A stretch of DNA of 64,000 bases from the human T2T-CHM13v2.0 reference genome, Homo sapiens: assembly GCF_009914755.1 (NCBI RefSeq), contig NC_060944.1. The stretch is one strand, 5' to 3'. Shown one piece after another: positions 28,830 through 42,387 of this stretch; position 1 is the stretch's first letter; each line of letters opens with the position of its first letter. Under the pieces are notes generated by a model that had not been told where the DNA came from, ran no database searches, and saw only the letters and a list, made by a program, of their open reading frames with translations. The position numbers and the translations under genes are program-made.

Positions 28830-29790
28830 ACCCACCACAGTTCGGGCAGCCATAGAGGAGAGCTTTCTTAACGGTCTGCTGGGACCCAAGTGGGCCTCCC
28901 CTGGGACTGCGTGCTCCCCTACAGAACCTGATGGCTGGAAACACTCACACTACTGCCTGTCCCGGCATCTCTCCCTCCGCCGCAGGGGCTGATGCTGCCA
29001 CAGGACACAGAGCAGCAGGCCCCAGAGGCTTCTCTGCACCTCTGCTGCCTTTCTGAGTAATCAGAGGAGGCCACACCCACTCCAGGACACCCACACGGGC
29101 CTTCTGGGCGATGACGCTCCTGGCCCAGGAGTGGGGGGCTGCCTCACACCTGCTGCTGTGGGGCAGAGTCTCTCCTGGGTCGGGGCCTCGCTGGCGGATC
29201 TGCTCCATGTCGTGTGATGTGCTGCAGCCCCGCGTCACCGAGAGCCTCTTATGGGCCACCAAGTCCACACAGCCACTGGCCATGGGGCACCCTGCAGGGC
29301 CTCTGGACACGGAGACCTGTGGTTCTCAGCCAGTGGTGATTTTGTGTCCAGGGAACACCTGGCCAAGTCTGGGTTCAATTTTGTTTGTCACAGTTTAAGG
29401 TTGGGGTGTCACTAGACATCCTACAGTGCACAGGACGGCCCCACAGCAGACCAGCCCCACTGTCAGCAGCACCGAGCCGGGAAAGCCTGGTCTGGAGCCG
29501 TTTCTCTCTAGGGTCCCTGCTAGGGAACCCCTCACTGCCATGGAGAACCCCTCTCCTCCTGTCTCTCAGGACTCTCCGAGGGTCAAGGATGGATGCCTCC
29601 CCATCGAGGGCCAAACAAACTGACAAATCGAGTGGGCAAACGGCTTACTCAAAGGCCAGGAGCAGCTACCCGATGACTGCTCCCTCGACCTCTCTCTTCT
29701 CACTTTCTTCCCTATTCCATCCTTTGATGGGTGGCCTGTTACACGTTTGGAAATAAAAACAAGTGGGAAAGAGTGCCATAAACATTCCTG
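28830..29790 (+). ncRNA. Candidate single-exon lncRNA (position fits LINC01711)
   Basis: Locally CpG-enriched, contains a MER20, and has AATAAA at 29752-29757. The ~16.5 kb distance to the STX16 TSS matches the recalled locus map. The 5' boundary is a guess. Confidence 0.35.
29318..29489 (+). mobile_element. MER20-like hAT-Charlie DNA transposon (internally deleted)
   Basis: gtggttctcagcc…gattttgt…ttgtcaca…acatcctacagtgcacaggacggcccc. Confidence 0.75.
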
Positions 29791-29845
29791 GGAAAAAAGC
29801 AGGGCCGACTGGAGGTCCATTGTTGCTGAGAGACAAAAAAGATCA

Positions 29846-30314
29846 AAGGGGAAGAAAGAAAGGATGGAGGGAGGGGAAGAAGAGAGGGAGAAAAGGAAGG
29901 AAAGAAGGAGGAAAAGGAAGAAGTAAAGGAGGCAGGAAGGGAAAGAAGGAAGGAAGAGAGAGAGAGAGGGAGGGAGGGAGGGGGGAAGGAAGGAAGGGAA
30001 GGAAGGAAAGGAGGGAGGGAAGGAAGGGAAGCAGAGAGGGAGGGGAGGGAGGGAGGAAGGAAGGAGGGAGGGAGGGAAAAAGAAATGAAGGAAGGAAGGA
30101 GGGAGGGAGAGAGGGAGCACAGAGAGAGGGAGGGAAGAAGGAAGGAAGGAAGAAAAAGAGAGAGAGAAAGGGAGGGAGGGGGAAGGGAGGGAGGAGGAGA
30201 GGGAGGGAGGGAGGAAGGAAGGGAGGGAGGGAGGGAGCACAGAGAGAGGGAGGGAAGAAGGAAGGAAGGAAGGAAGGGGGGGAGGAAGGAAGGAAGGGAG
30301 GGAGGGAAGGAAGC
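29846..30314. repeat. ~470-bp polypurine (GGAA/GGGA/GAGA) tract
   Basis: Almost entirely G/A on the + strand, with an internal duplication at 120-bp spacing (30111 and 30231). Confidence 0.93.
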
Positions 30315-33300
30315 AGGGTTCTCACTGGTAAATCTCCCTGGCTGCCCTCTGTGCGTGTGTTACAGAGAGATGTTCTGTAGAAATTTCAGGAGAAGGGCTT
30401 TGGAATCCTTTCATCGCAAGTGGTATCAAGCACAGGTGACCATCAGGATGTACGGATGAGACGGCCCAGTTGGTGGGAGCTCACCAGACTGACATTAAAA
30501 GGAAAGGCCACCCCAAACCTCCATAGCAGTAGCTGGGAAGGCCTGAATGGCTGTGTCTGGCCTGGAGGAACTGCTCCCTTCAGGAACCGTAGCCCTTCAG
30601 GGGCCTGAAGCATTTCAGAGACGAAGAGGGAGCCCCTGAGACGCCCACATGTAGACACTCCAGGAAACAGCAGTACCTGACTACACTCAACAAACCCGAA
30701 GTCCTCACGGCCTGGCAGGCTCTTCACCTCTGGCGCCTGCCACACTCCAGCCTCACGGCTTTCCCTCCCCTCCCTGCTCTTCCCACTCCCTGTGACACTC
30801 TTCCCTGCGACAGCTTCATGGCTTACTACTGGTCTCTGCATCAATGTCACCTCCTCCTGAAAGCCTTCCCTGATCACCCTTGGTGTGTGTCTCCTGTCTG
30901 TCACAGGGCAGGGAACTTGTGTCTGGCTGCCAGTGGCATCCCCAGCAGCCAGATCCCTGCCTGGCAATAGTAGCTGCTCTGTCAATATCTGTCCATGGTT
31001 GAGTCCAGCTCCTATTCCTCGCAGCTCTGTGAGGTCCCCAAGGACTTGGTTACAAGGTGCTCTCAGCTGAGTGGCCTTAACTAAGATTATCATGGGTGAT
31101 GCTGGTAGGTTTCCCCCAAATCGACATGACTGAGTGGCCAGGAGGTGGGCACTGAGCCAGATTGACCTGAGTTCCATCTTGGCTCTGCCTCTCCATGACC
31201 TCAGGTCACCCGAGCTCTCTGAAACGGCTTCTTTGTCTGTAAAAGAGAGAGCTGAGTGAGACAGACCATTTTCGGTGTTGAGCACAGAAGAAACTGCGGC
31301 ATCCTGCCTCCCCACTAGGGGAAGCCCAGTTAGGCCGGTTCTTGAAAAACTGGATGCTTCGTCAGCCTGAGCCAAGAGCCTGGGAATGCTTCTTTCCTCG
31401 TAGGTCATTGGGGACCACCAAATTCTTCCACCCTCCATGTGCCTCTCATTTTAAAAGACCCAAAAGCTGTGAAAAAGCGGCTCCCTGCGTATGGGAAACG
31501 CATCCCAAAGCAGCCTTGTTTCGCCTTCGGACATGGGTGGCCCCTTCTGCCCACCCCTTCCCAAGGCTGAAGATTGCCTGTTGGAGCTTCCTGCGTTGAA
31601 AACAAAAATCTTCAGTTCCATTGCCATTGCCATTGGCCCAGCCCTGCTGGTTGGGACCTGGAGGGCTGGACTAAGGAAAGCAAGGGGACACCAGCCAGGC
31701 TGAGGCCCGCCTCCAGGGTACATAGAGATGCTGCCCCATCCTCACTCCCGGATGTTCTACGGGCCTTCTGCAACCACCCCTATCCCGGCAGAAATGCCTA
31801 TCGGTTCTCCATTCTGATCTGCGCCAGCTCAGCCTCCGCAGAGTGAGGGAAATTAGCATGGCCAGGGGCTCTCTCCTGTCACTCCAGATCCATCTGTTGC
31901 CTCCAAAGTTTCCCTAGGACGAGGGCCGCTGGCCAAGGCTGACAGGTCTGAGAAGAGCAGCCCTCATTTCACACTGAGCTGCACCCTGAGCCTCAGCCCT
32001 GCCACCAGCACGCCAGCCTCCCTGCTCTAACTTCAAGCCCAAGTGCCCTTGGCAGGGGTGCCATCCTGCCTGCTGTGGGCCTGCGTGCTGTCCAAACAGC
32101 CTGGGCACCCGAGATTGTCTCGCCGGCCAATCACAGCAAGTGTGGAGCCCGCGGCCGTTCCCTGCGCACAGTAGTCCCTGCCTCGTGCCCACCGTAAAGA
32201 CTGCCTTTATCACTCGGGAGGTTCATTCATTCATTTACTATTCATTTATTCTTTCATTCACTCAGCAAATATTTACAAAGCCCTCACTCCGCGTGAGGAC
32301 AGTACAGACATGAATTAAGTACACATGGTTCCACGGTTCTTAGTGGTTCCGACCAGGAGATAAGGAAATCCTTGTTTGCCGTCTGTAGGGCTCGCTGCTC
32401 TTTCTTGCTTGCCAGGGTGTTCTGGTAACAGCACCCTGATTTTCCTCAGAACAGCACCTTGCTGCTTCAGTCTACAAATCTGGAGGGCCTGGTCCAGCTC
32501 TAGCTCTGTCGTGAGCAGGTGACCAGGCTAGACCAGATGAGCCTCACACCCCTGGTGATAGCCACTAAGTAGTCACAGGTGTGGGCACATGACTCTCTTC
32601 AGGCCATTGAGGCTCAGTCCTGGGACCCTTACTAGAAGGACTCATGAGTCCAGAAACAGTGGAAGTTGCCTAGGCAACCGGTTCAGGCCAAAGATTGATC
32701 TTCCACTAGTCCAGGAAGTCTTCCTGGAGGTGAAACTTCAGGTCTTTAAATTATGGGAGAGAAGAGAGTGAAGCCAGCACTCACGTGTGACCACCATCCA
32801 CCTACTGACCCATTCATCCAATGCAGTGAGGGCACATGGCACGGCATGCCGGGTGGGCTGTGTTTTTACTCTGTCATATGCTTCCTGCGTTGGTTCCCTC
32901 CAGCCTGTGCACCCCACCCTGCTCCACCCCTGCTTGTGAACTAAATGAAGATCTAAGTGATCACATCTCCACAGTGAGAAAAGACACCAATTGTCCCAGA
33001 GAACCAAATGCAGGAGGTGCTGGTCTTTATAGGGGACCTGGGGAAGACACTAACTCTTCTCTAAGGGGTGCTCCAGGCTGCTCTGGCAGTCGAAAGAGCT
33101 AGCTGCAAGGCCAAACTATGCTACTGAGCTGCTGTGTGACCTTGGGCAAACAGCTTCCCTTCTCTGGGCTACATGATCTCTAGGCATCTGTCCAATAAAT
33201 ACACTATTTCTAAATCAATTAGACAGAAATGCTGAGGCTTGGAACAGGAGCCAGAGAACGTGAGGCTGACCAGTGACCCCTTAGGAAGGTGGCTGCCATC

Positions 33301-33809
33301 TGTCCTGTTTCGGAAGCCTCTCCCTCTGCTGGACTCCAAAAGCCCTGCCTTGAAACAGCTGCCCTACCACTCCCAATGCAACTTCCCAATACCATTTCTC
33401 TCTTTTCATTTTTCTTCTGTTCCAAGGCAGAACAGGGTAGGAAATCGTGTCAAATAAAGACAGAAGTGCTTGATGTTCCTAATGGCATCCCAAGGAAATG
33501 AAGTGTAAAATCACACGAGTTATTTAGCTTCACATACTGCTTTTATCAGAGTCCTGGACAGAACTCCTTAGCAGGAGAAAGCCTGATTTCCTTGGAAAGA
33601 TGGAATTCTGGTGACAGCAGCAGGGAGCTGGGCTCTCCCGGCACCGATGCAGGATGGAAAGGTCTGTAAGTCACGCCGAGGCAAAAACCAAGACACAAAT
33701 CGCCCCCCACCCCAACGCACACACACACACACAGAGCAAGACCACATTTTATCCCCACTTTTCAAAGGCAAAGTTGTGTGTGGGCTTTCACTCAGCCAGC
33801 TTTGAAAGA

Positions 33810-34310
33810 TCCCTTAACTCCAGGATGCTCTTAGAGTAAAATCCGAACTCCCTGCTTTGTCTTCCAAGCCCAACAAAGTTGGAGCCAGCCTTGGGTTCCA
33901 GCTTACCCTGCGCACTCTCCCTCCTCAAGGCCCTCCGGTCCGCCTGGCTCCTTTCTGTTCCTCGAAGACTCCAGGCTCATGCCACCTAGGAGCATCGCCC
34001 TGAAGTGCGTCTTGTCCAGAGTGCTCCTGCATAGCTGTCCCCTCCTTCCCTTCAGGGCTCAGCTCAAATGCCATTTGTTCTGAGAAGCATCCCTGGACTA
34101 CCCCTGGTCCGAGCAGGCCACTCTTTTTGGTTTTCTCCTGGCATTTATCACTCTCTGGGATTGCATTGTTTATTCGTTGTTTATTTTCTGATTCCTCCTC
34201 CTAGAAAGTGAATGGTGGGGTGGGGGAGAGGAAGACAGGAATTACACTGGTTTTGTTCATCATTGTATCCTCAGAGTCCTCAACAGTGCCTAGCACAGGA
34301 TGGGTAAATC
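33810..34310 (+). mobile_element. L2 LINE 3' fragment
   Basis: …ctcagctcaaatgcc…ttttgttcatcattgtatcctcagagtcc…acagtgcctagcacag. Confidence 0.6.
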
Positions 34311-34329
34311 TGCCGGAGTTCAACTGGAA

Positions 34330-34912
34330 AAGTGGAAATAGGAGTTATATACATGTAAATTATTTTATGGGATTTGTTATGGAGAATTGGCTTATGCATT
34401 TGTGGGAACCGGGTAAGCAGTCTTTGTCAGGCTGCGTGTCAAGTCTGATGCTGGTGTCAGGTCCACAGGATAGGCAGTCGAGAGGAAAGGCAGATGTCAA
34501 GTAGGGAGAGCAAGAACCCACGAGCACAAGCTAGAGCCCCAGGATGGCAGCCTGAAGCCCGTGGCTATTCTTGTTGCCTCTGACCACAGTGGTGAGGCTG
34601 TCCTGCAGAAGCCTAGCCCTTCATCACAGAGCTGAACACATACACGCGGCTGGGAGTCGAAAAGTAGCAAGAAGTTGCCGGGGAAGGTTGCGGGTGTTGT
34701 GGCAGGCTGCTTCACTCCAGTGAGGTGAGTCAGCAGATCAGCAGCAACGTGTGTCAACTGCAAAACACGGCTGCAGCCTCTCTTGCCTTCTGAATCTTGC
34801 AAGAACCTTCCAAGAATCTTCCCTGTGGTCCATCTGAACTGCAAACATGCAGGAAAGATAATTCCAGGAAATGCAGTTGAGCCTGGCCAAGTTAATAGTC
34901 TCTGAAGCCATC
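34330..34912. mobile_element. ERVL LTR (MLT2-like)
   Basis: gatttgttatggagaattggcttatgc… and the terminal cctggccaagtt…ccatca. Confidence 0.6.
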
Positions 34913-35872
34913 ATAGGTCCACATCAACGCTGATGGATGAAGAGAGGGAGTGGTTTTAGACTAAAGTGTGAACTCCTTATCTGGCACACCAATCTCAGGG
35001 TCCAGCCTCTGCCTGCTATCAGCCACCTATCCAAAGTCTATCTGCTCTCCAGCCCCCATCAGGGTCTCTAAACCCTTGGGCTCATTTGGACTGTCCCCTC
35101 TGTCCAGAACCCTCTTCCTTGCCCATCTGCCTGGGTAACCCTCAGCACCTTCTAAGACTCAAGCTTTAAGCAAGACCTCCTTTTGGAGTCATTTCACATC
35201 AAGATTGAGTCACAGCCTCAGCTGTACTCCCCTCTTCATTCTCCTACCTGGAAACAACTATTATCCACATGTCTCATGTCTCTTTCCGGAGATGGCCTAG
35301 TCATTTACCAACAAAATGTATATTTCTTTTTTTCTCACATGTAAGATAGCATACAATACATTTTTTCTGGATCTTGTGATTTTTTTCTCTTAACACTATA
35401 TTCTGAAGATCTTTCCAAATCAAAATATACAGAAATTCTTTATTCTTTTTAAAGGTTGCCTGAAGTTTCATGTGGGTGGACCAAATTTGTTTAACTTGTT
35501 GCTTTTGCTGGATGTTTAAATTGTTTCTCATTCTTCACTGGGATAAACAACACTGCAGTGAACATCCTTACACGTGCCTAGATCATGCTCCTGCCCCTTC
35601 TACACCTGGCCGACTTCCAGTGCTCTATAGGATTAACATAAATATCACCTCCTCCATGAAGCCCACCTAAATCTTTCCTAAATTGGGTTGGCTGGTTGCC
35701 CCACTTTGCCTCCTAGGCAGCTACTTGCACTGCAACACTTACCATGAGCTATTGATGTGTCCAACTTGCCCTGTGACTTGTTCATCTGTGAATGTCCTGC
35801 ACAATTTCACAGTACCTGACACACAGTAGATACTCAATAAATGTTTGTGAATTCAATACACATCAAATTTAA

Positions 35873-36217
<345 letters not shown>

Positions 36218-37079
36218 GCTCCATTATAATTTATGTGTCCACACCTTGCCCAGGCTCGTACAGATCAGTCAGGCTCTCTCGCCTGCCTTATTCTTAGCCC
36301 TGCTTCTTCAGCTTTGCTCCTACTGTTTGCTCTCGTCTGCAACACCCTTCCCTCTCTGAAGCCCTTTTCCATCCTTCAAGGCACAGGTCTTCCCCTACCT
36401 CCTCCATGAAGATGCTTTCATTGAAATATCATCTCTCCCCTTTCTGAACTGCTGCTGCCTTTATAGTCACTTTGGCATATTTTTTCAAGCTCCGTTGCTC
36501 ACTAATTGTTTCCCGTCTGTTGGTTTTGTGTCCCCAGCTAGACTGTGAGTTCTTTGAGAGCAGAACTTCTTTATAAACTCTTGCATCTCCCACAAGGCTG
36601 GGCTCATGGTAGCTACTCCATACTTCTGTGTTGGTCAGTCAACTGGTTCTTTCATGGATTGAGTCAGATCCCGGTACCGACTGTTAACAACCTTGTCCTT
36701 GGGGCACTACGGAGGTGCCGGAAATCATCGTGCTGGTAACTGTCACAGTAGGAGGCACCCTTAGATGGGGGAGTCCACTGGAGTGCAGCTCCTCTTATCC
36801 TCCTACTGCACCCTACCTAGATTGGAGCTTCTGCAAGAATGAACCTCTCAGTTACACCACGTTTTATCACTCTAACGTCTTTATGGACCCCAAAAACATC
36901 TATCCTATGGAAGTCTCTCCTTTGGAAGACACAGATAACATGTGTCTTGGGTCCCCAGATTCTGGAATAGCTAGCTCCTCAGGAGAAACGGAGCACCCAG
37001 AGAGAATCAAATGAGACTCACCCAGACCCCCTGTCCAGTCATATTTCCAGAGATAATGTGACACAGTCTGACTGAATCA

Positions 37080-37535
<456 letters not shown>

Positions 37536-37959
37536 CTAATCAGGAAAGGAACATGAACAGATTGATATTTTTACAAAGGTGATGGTTTGGAAAGCATTCC
37601 ACACCAGGGACCAGCACTGGAGGTGTGACGACCAGCTAGACAGTCTGTTGTGATTTTCCAGGCAAAAGAGGTGATAAGAGCAGTGAAGATGGAGAGGAGA
37701 GCAGACTGTTGATATTTAGGATGCAGAATCTGTCACGATGTGGTCCTGAGTGGTACATTGGCAGGTGGTGGGGGCAAATGGGAGCAAGGATGGTAAATGA
37801 TACCAAAGGCTCTATTTAGGGGTGCCAATGAAAGATAAGGAATAGAGGAGAAGGAAGAGCATGCTTGGATGGGCAGCCAGTGGTTCACTGTTGAGCATGT
37901 AAGACACCTAGGCAGCTCCGTGCAGTGGAAAATCCACACGGATGCTCTGAATGAGAGGC

Positions 37960-38246
37960 AGAGTGTGTGCAGGAGGCCCATGGGTAGAGTGTGCGCAGGA
38001 GGCCCATGGGTAGAGTGTGCGCAGGAGGCCCATGGGTAGAGTGTGCGCAGGAGGCCCATGGGTAGAGTGTGCGCAGGAGGCCCATGGGTAGAGTGTGCGC
38101 AGGAGGCCCATGGGTAGAGTGTGCGCAGGAGGCCCATGGGTAGAGTGTGCGCAGGAGGCCCATGGGTAGAGTGTGCGCAGGAGGCCCATGGGTAGAGTGT
38201 GCGCAGGAGGCCCATGGGTAGAGTGTGTGCAGGAGGCCCATGGGTA
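37960..38246. repeat. 26-bp minisatellite, 11 copies (AGAGTGTGYGCAGGAGGCCCATGGGT)
   Basis: Units start at 37960+26n. The nine inner units are identical (GCGC); the first and last have GTGC. Confidence 0.97.
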
Positions 38247-38479
38247 GGCGGGACCTGCCACTGTGGTTAGGTGAAAGGTAACAGAAAAGCAAGGACTTAA
38301 CACTGGGGAAAATCAAAATTTGGGGGCTGGGCCTCAGAGGGATGATGAAGGAGGAGAAGCAGGCATGACCAAAGTTCCAGAAGCCAGAGGAGTGGGTTTG
38401 AAGGAGAGGCATATAGCAGTGTGCAAAGGGCACACAGTGGGTTGAAAACAGACCCAAGGTAGAAATCTGTTGCATGCGA

Positions 38480-39580
38480 GCACCCAACATCACTTTTCTT
38501 GGTTCTAACACGCTGATTTCAGAAGAGGCGAGTTTATAATCCATTGTGTTTGGATGGATCAGACCCTGGCACCCTCCCTGAGTTCAGAAGTGGTCACGTG
38601 ATCCTGGTCTGACCCATCTGATGATCACTACTTTCTGGCTAAGTTTAGAATTTCAGGATACTAGCTCACATCTGCAATTCCAGCCTTTGGAAGGCCCAAG
38701 GCAGGTGGATAGTTTGAGCCCAGGAGTTCGAGACCAGCCTGGGCAACATGGTGAAACCCCATCTCTACAAAAAGTATAAAAAATTATGGCTGAGTGTGGT
38801 AGCTTATGCCTGTAATCCCAGCACTTTGGGAGGCCAAGGTGGGTTGATTCTTTAAGCCCAGGAATTCGAGACCAGCCTGGACCCCATCTCTACTAAAAAT
38901 ATAAAACTTAGCAGGGTACAGTGGCACATGTCCATGGTCTCAGCTACTTGGGAGGCTGAAGTGGGAGAATCATTTGAGGTTGCAGTGAGCTATGATAGCG
39001 CCACTGTACTCTAGCCAGGGTGACAGAGTGAGACCCTGTCTCAAAAAAAAAAAAAAAAGTATAAAAATTAGCCAGGCATGGTGGTACCTGCCTGTAGTCC
39101 CAACTACTTGGGAGGCTAAGGTGGGAGAATCACCTGAGTCTGGGAGGTTGAGGCTTCAGCGAGCTGTGATTGTGTCGCCACATTCTAGCTTGGGAGACAG
39201 AGTAAGACCCTGGCTCAAAAAAAAAAAAAAAAAAATGAATTCAGGGATAAGGCTATAACTCATGACAGGCCAATGAGAGTCCATTCTAGGACTTTTGAAA
39301 CCACTGGAAAAGAGAAATTTCAATCTATTGGGGTTGCTGTCCTGTGAGATAACAGGGCAGAGCTTCCAGAGAGCAATCTGCCACCTCCTGGGGTTCACTG
39401 GCTTGAGAATGAAACCAGCACAGGGGAAGAAAGAGCTGAGAGATAGAAACTCCTTGTTGATATGTTTCCTCCTCTGGATCCAGCTACGCATAGATGTTTG
39501 GGCCAACACATTTGCTTTGAAGCTTAAGTCCATTTGATTTGGGTTCTGTCCCTTGTGACCAAAGGAGTCTTGAGCCATGC
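38480..39580 (+). mobile_element. MaLR LTR (MLT1J/K-like) interrupted by the nested Alus
   Basis: MLT1-like sequence on both sides (…ggtcacgtgatcc… | …ggccaatgagagtc…gagaatgaaaccagcac…gggttctgtcccttgtgacc). Confidence 0.6.
38656..39235 (+). mobile_element. Nested Alus: an inner Alu (~38788-39058) inserted into the linker of an outer AluJ-like element
   Basis: Order is left arm, full Alu, right arm. Target-site duplication AAAAGTATAAAAA(A)TTA at 38770-38786 and 39055-39070. Confidence 0.9.
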
Positions 39581-42387
39581 ATGGCCACATAGCTAATAAG
39601 GGGCTGCTGGTTGCACAGGCAGCATCTGGAGAAGGCTGGAGTCCAGCCCTGCACTTGCACATCACACAAATTACCACGAGCAGGTCAGTGGTCATGGCCA
39701 TGGGAAAAAAAACTAGAAACGAGTGAGTTGGCTATGTTTCAATACCTGCTAGCGGAAAAACACAATGATTTCCTTTATGTTTTTCAGGGTTTGAGTCATC
39801 CAGGTCAGTCCTGGCTTGGCACATTAACTTATTGTTCCTGCCAAGGGAGATGGTTAAGATGGGAGGGTTGATTTATTTGAGTACACATGTGTCCACATCA
39901 TCCTGGAAAAAAAGTAAAATGCAGATATGCTTTGCTGGCATGTGTTGTGACCCAAGAGGCCTCTTCTTGGCCTCAAAGACCAAAAGCCACGATGTTAGAC
40001 ATTGTTTCAGTCTTGAACTTGACCAAGCATGGGCAGGCACCTGGTATGATGGTGACATAAGGGCCCTGGGAGAGGAGAGTCCTCTCCCCACACGGTGGAC
40101 AGGGTAGGAGGATTACTTTCTATTGAATAGTCTGAGACAAGAGTGGTGAGAAGGAGCCAGTTATTTGAAGAACCTAGGAAGGAGAGCAAAGCAGGTGCTA
40201 AGGAGGTGTGAGGAATGGTGGGAAGGCTAGTGTGGCTGAAAAGGGGTGAGCGAGGGGGACAGAGAACTGCCCTAATCTCTCCACCCATTTTGAGTCTTGA
40301 CTGTCTGGTATTCTCTAGCACTTAATATAGTTAATCTCACCTTTTGTGCATTAATCCATCCAGTCATCCATTCCGCAAACATTTATCACACCTGACAGTG
40401 TAGGGGGTGCTGTCTTCAATGAAGGGTTCACCAAGCAGAAGGGGCAAGACACATCCCCCGCCACTACCCCCACCAGGCAGAGAAAGGCCTGTGAGCCAAG
40501 TCCTGGAAAGAAAAAAGCTCACCATTTAGGTGGGGCCTGTTGGGCAGGGCTTTGAATGCCCAGGGGGCACTCCGCCATGTGGAAAGTGTAGAAAACCTAA
40601 ATGCAGAACTCCAGGAAATACTGATCTATGGGAAAAAAATTGTACTGAAATCCATGATTCTGGAATAAATCAGATCTAGTCTTATACTATATTCTAATAC
40701 AGCCAAGTGGTGGCAGGGACTGAAGGTTTAAGAGAAAGCGAGAAGAGAAACACTTAAGATGGAGACTACTCCATTAATTAGCTTCATTTTTTTTTTTCTG
40801 ACAACCAAGAAAAGTCCATCATTAGTTAATATTAGTGATGCCCAGCTTGGTTCAACTTAGAGCACCTGTTTTCTGCTGAGCGTCATTTGAGATCGGCTGG
40901 CATGGGCCAGAGGGAGCTGTTTCAGGGCCTCAATCAGGCAGTGACATGATCAGATTTATGCTTTGGAAAGGTCACTGTGGCTGCAGGATGAGGAGGGAAG
41001 AGACGGGTGGTTGTTAGCAGGCTGCTGGGAAAATGTACACGATGAGAACCAGAATTTGGGTAGAGACAGTGGAGATGCAAATTCCCTGAAGGCAAGAGTT
41101 TTGCTGTTTCATTCTTTCAGCAGTGCCTGGCAAGAGATAGGCACAGCCACTGGTAGATTTTTAGAAATGCCTACTGTATTGAATTGTCTGGTATTAAAAG
41201 CTACGGGACTCCAGACAAAACAAAAGTGTTGCCTCTCTCCAGAGTCTCCCTTCTTGGGAGAGGCATCATAGCTGAAGACAGACCCAGATAGGGAGTTTTC
41301 TGTTGTTGGAAATACTCAAGGTTTTGAGGAACTATTTGGGGACACAGAACACACAACTCCTGTTACCCGAACCTGGCCCGAATCTGTCTGTCAGATCTGT
41401 GCAGACGAGACATATGTTAGGCCTGGGGGCTTTTGCTGCTTGATAAGCAAACAACCATCTGTCTTTCTATAGGTGGGAGAAAGACCAATGTTAAAAGGTG
41501 TCTTTGAGATGGTTTAGCCCCCTCTTCCACATGAGTGTGCACTGCAGACACATCTGGATTCCCAAGGTCCAGAACAAGAAGCTCGGAAACGTGCTTAGAT
41601 TTCCAAGTGTTCAGTTCTCAATACCATGCCATTCTCTTTGGAGTTTATGATGCCTTCCAGGGAGAGCAGAGCCCACGTGAGCTTTCCAACAGTAAGACTA
41701 CTGCTGTAATAAATCATATTGCCCATTTGTGGCGCACTTACTCTATGCTGAGGTTGTATAAGGGCTTACATGAGCCCTATCTCATTTAAATTGTTTTCAC
41801 CAAAGGGTGTGTGTCCCACTGCTGACCTGTTGAGCTAACCATCCCCTCTCAGTACTTGAAAACCTGCACCTGCCCAAGCCATGGCCTGGCTTCAATGGGG
41901 CTTCCTCCTGCACTGAATGAGATGACAAGAAAACAATGAAACACTTGTCCCCAAAAGTGACTTATTGGATTCGTTGGCAGAATGTTAGAAAGTGGGTATG
42001 AAGCCCAAGAAACAGGACACGGAGCCTCACCAAGCCCGAGGAGTATTACCGAATCCTAGCCCAGGCCAAGAATGAGTCACAATGAAAGCTTTTAAAATGT
42101 AAAACCATCAACCTAGATTTCAATTCCAAGGAAACACATACTTGGCCATGGGGGAATGCTTTAAAAAAAAAAAAAAATCAAGCTTAAGTCACTTGACAGG
42201 AAAATAAAACAGCCAAGGAACATTCAAATATAATGATTTACATCCTTCCCCAACTCCCTTCCAGTGTGGGTCAGGGCGAACATGGACCATGGACGTGACT
42301 GGAGCCAGGGGTGCATGCCCTCTCTGGGCTCCCTCTTGGTTAACACTATTTCAGGCACACAATCCCATACCTAAACACAGCCTGCTT

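Noticed and set aside
29566-30459. Long G/R/K/E-rich and P/S/L/F-rich ORFs
   Set aside because: These are translations of the polypurine tract.
30443-31438. 331-aa minus-strand ORF (and the 264-aa ORF at 2295-3089)
   Set aside because: No recognisable family or splice/promoter context; the 331-aa ORF overlaps L2/MIR-like sequence. Both are consistent with chance in GC-rich DNA.
37733-38544. Periodic ORFs and a CRISPR-like appearance
   Set aside because: Head-to-tail tandem units with no unique spacers make this a minisatellite; the DNA is eukaryotic and there are no cas genes.
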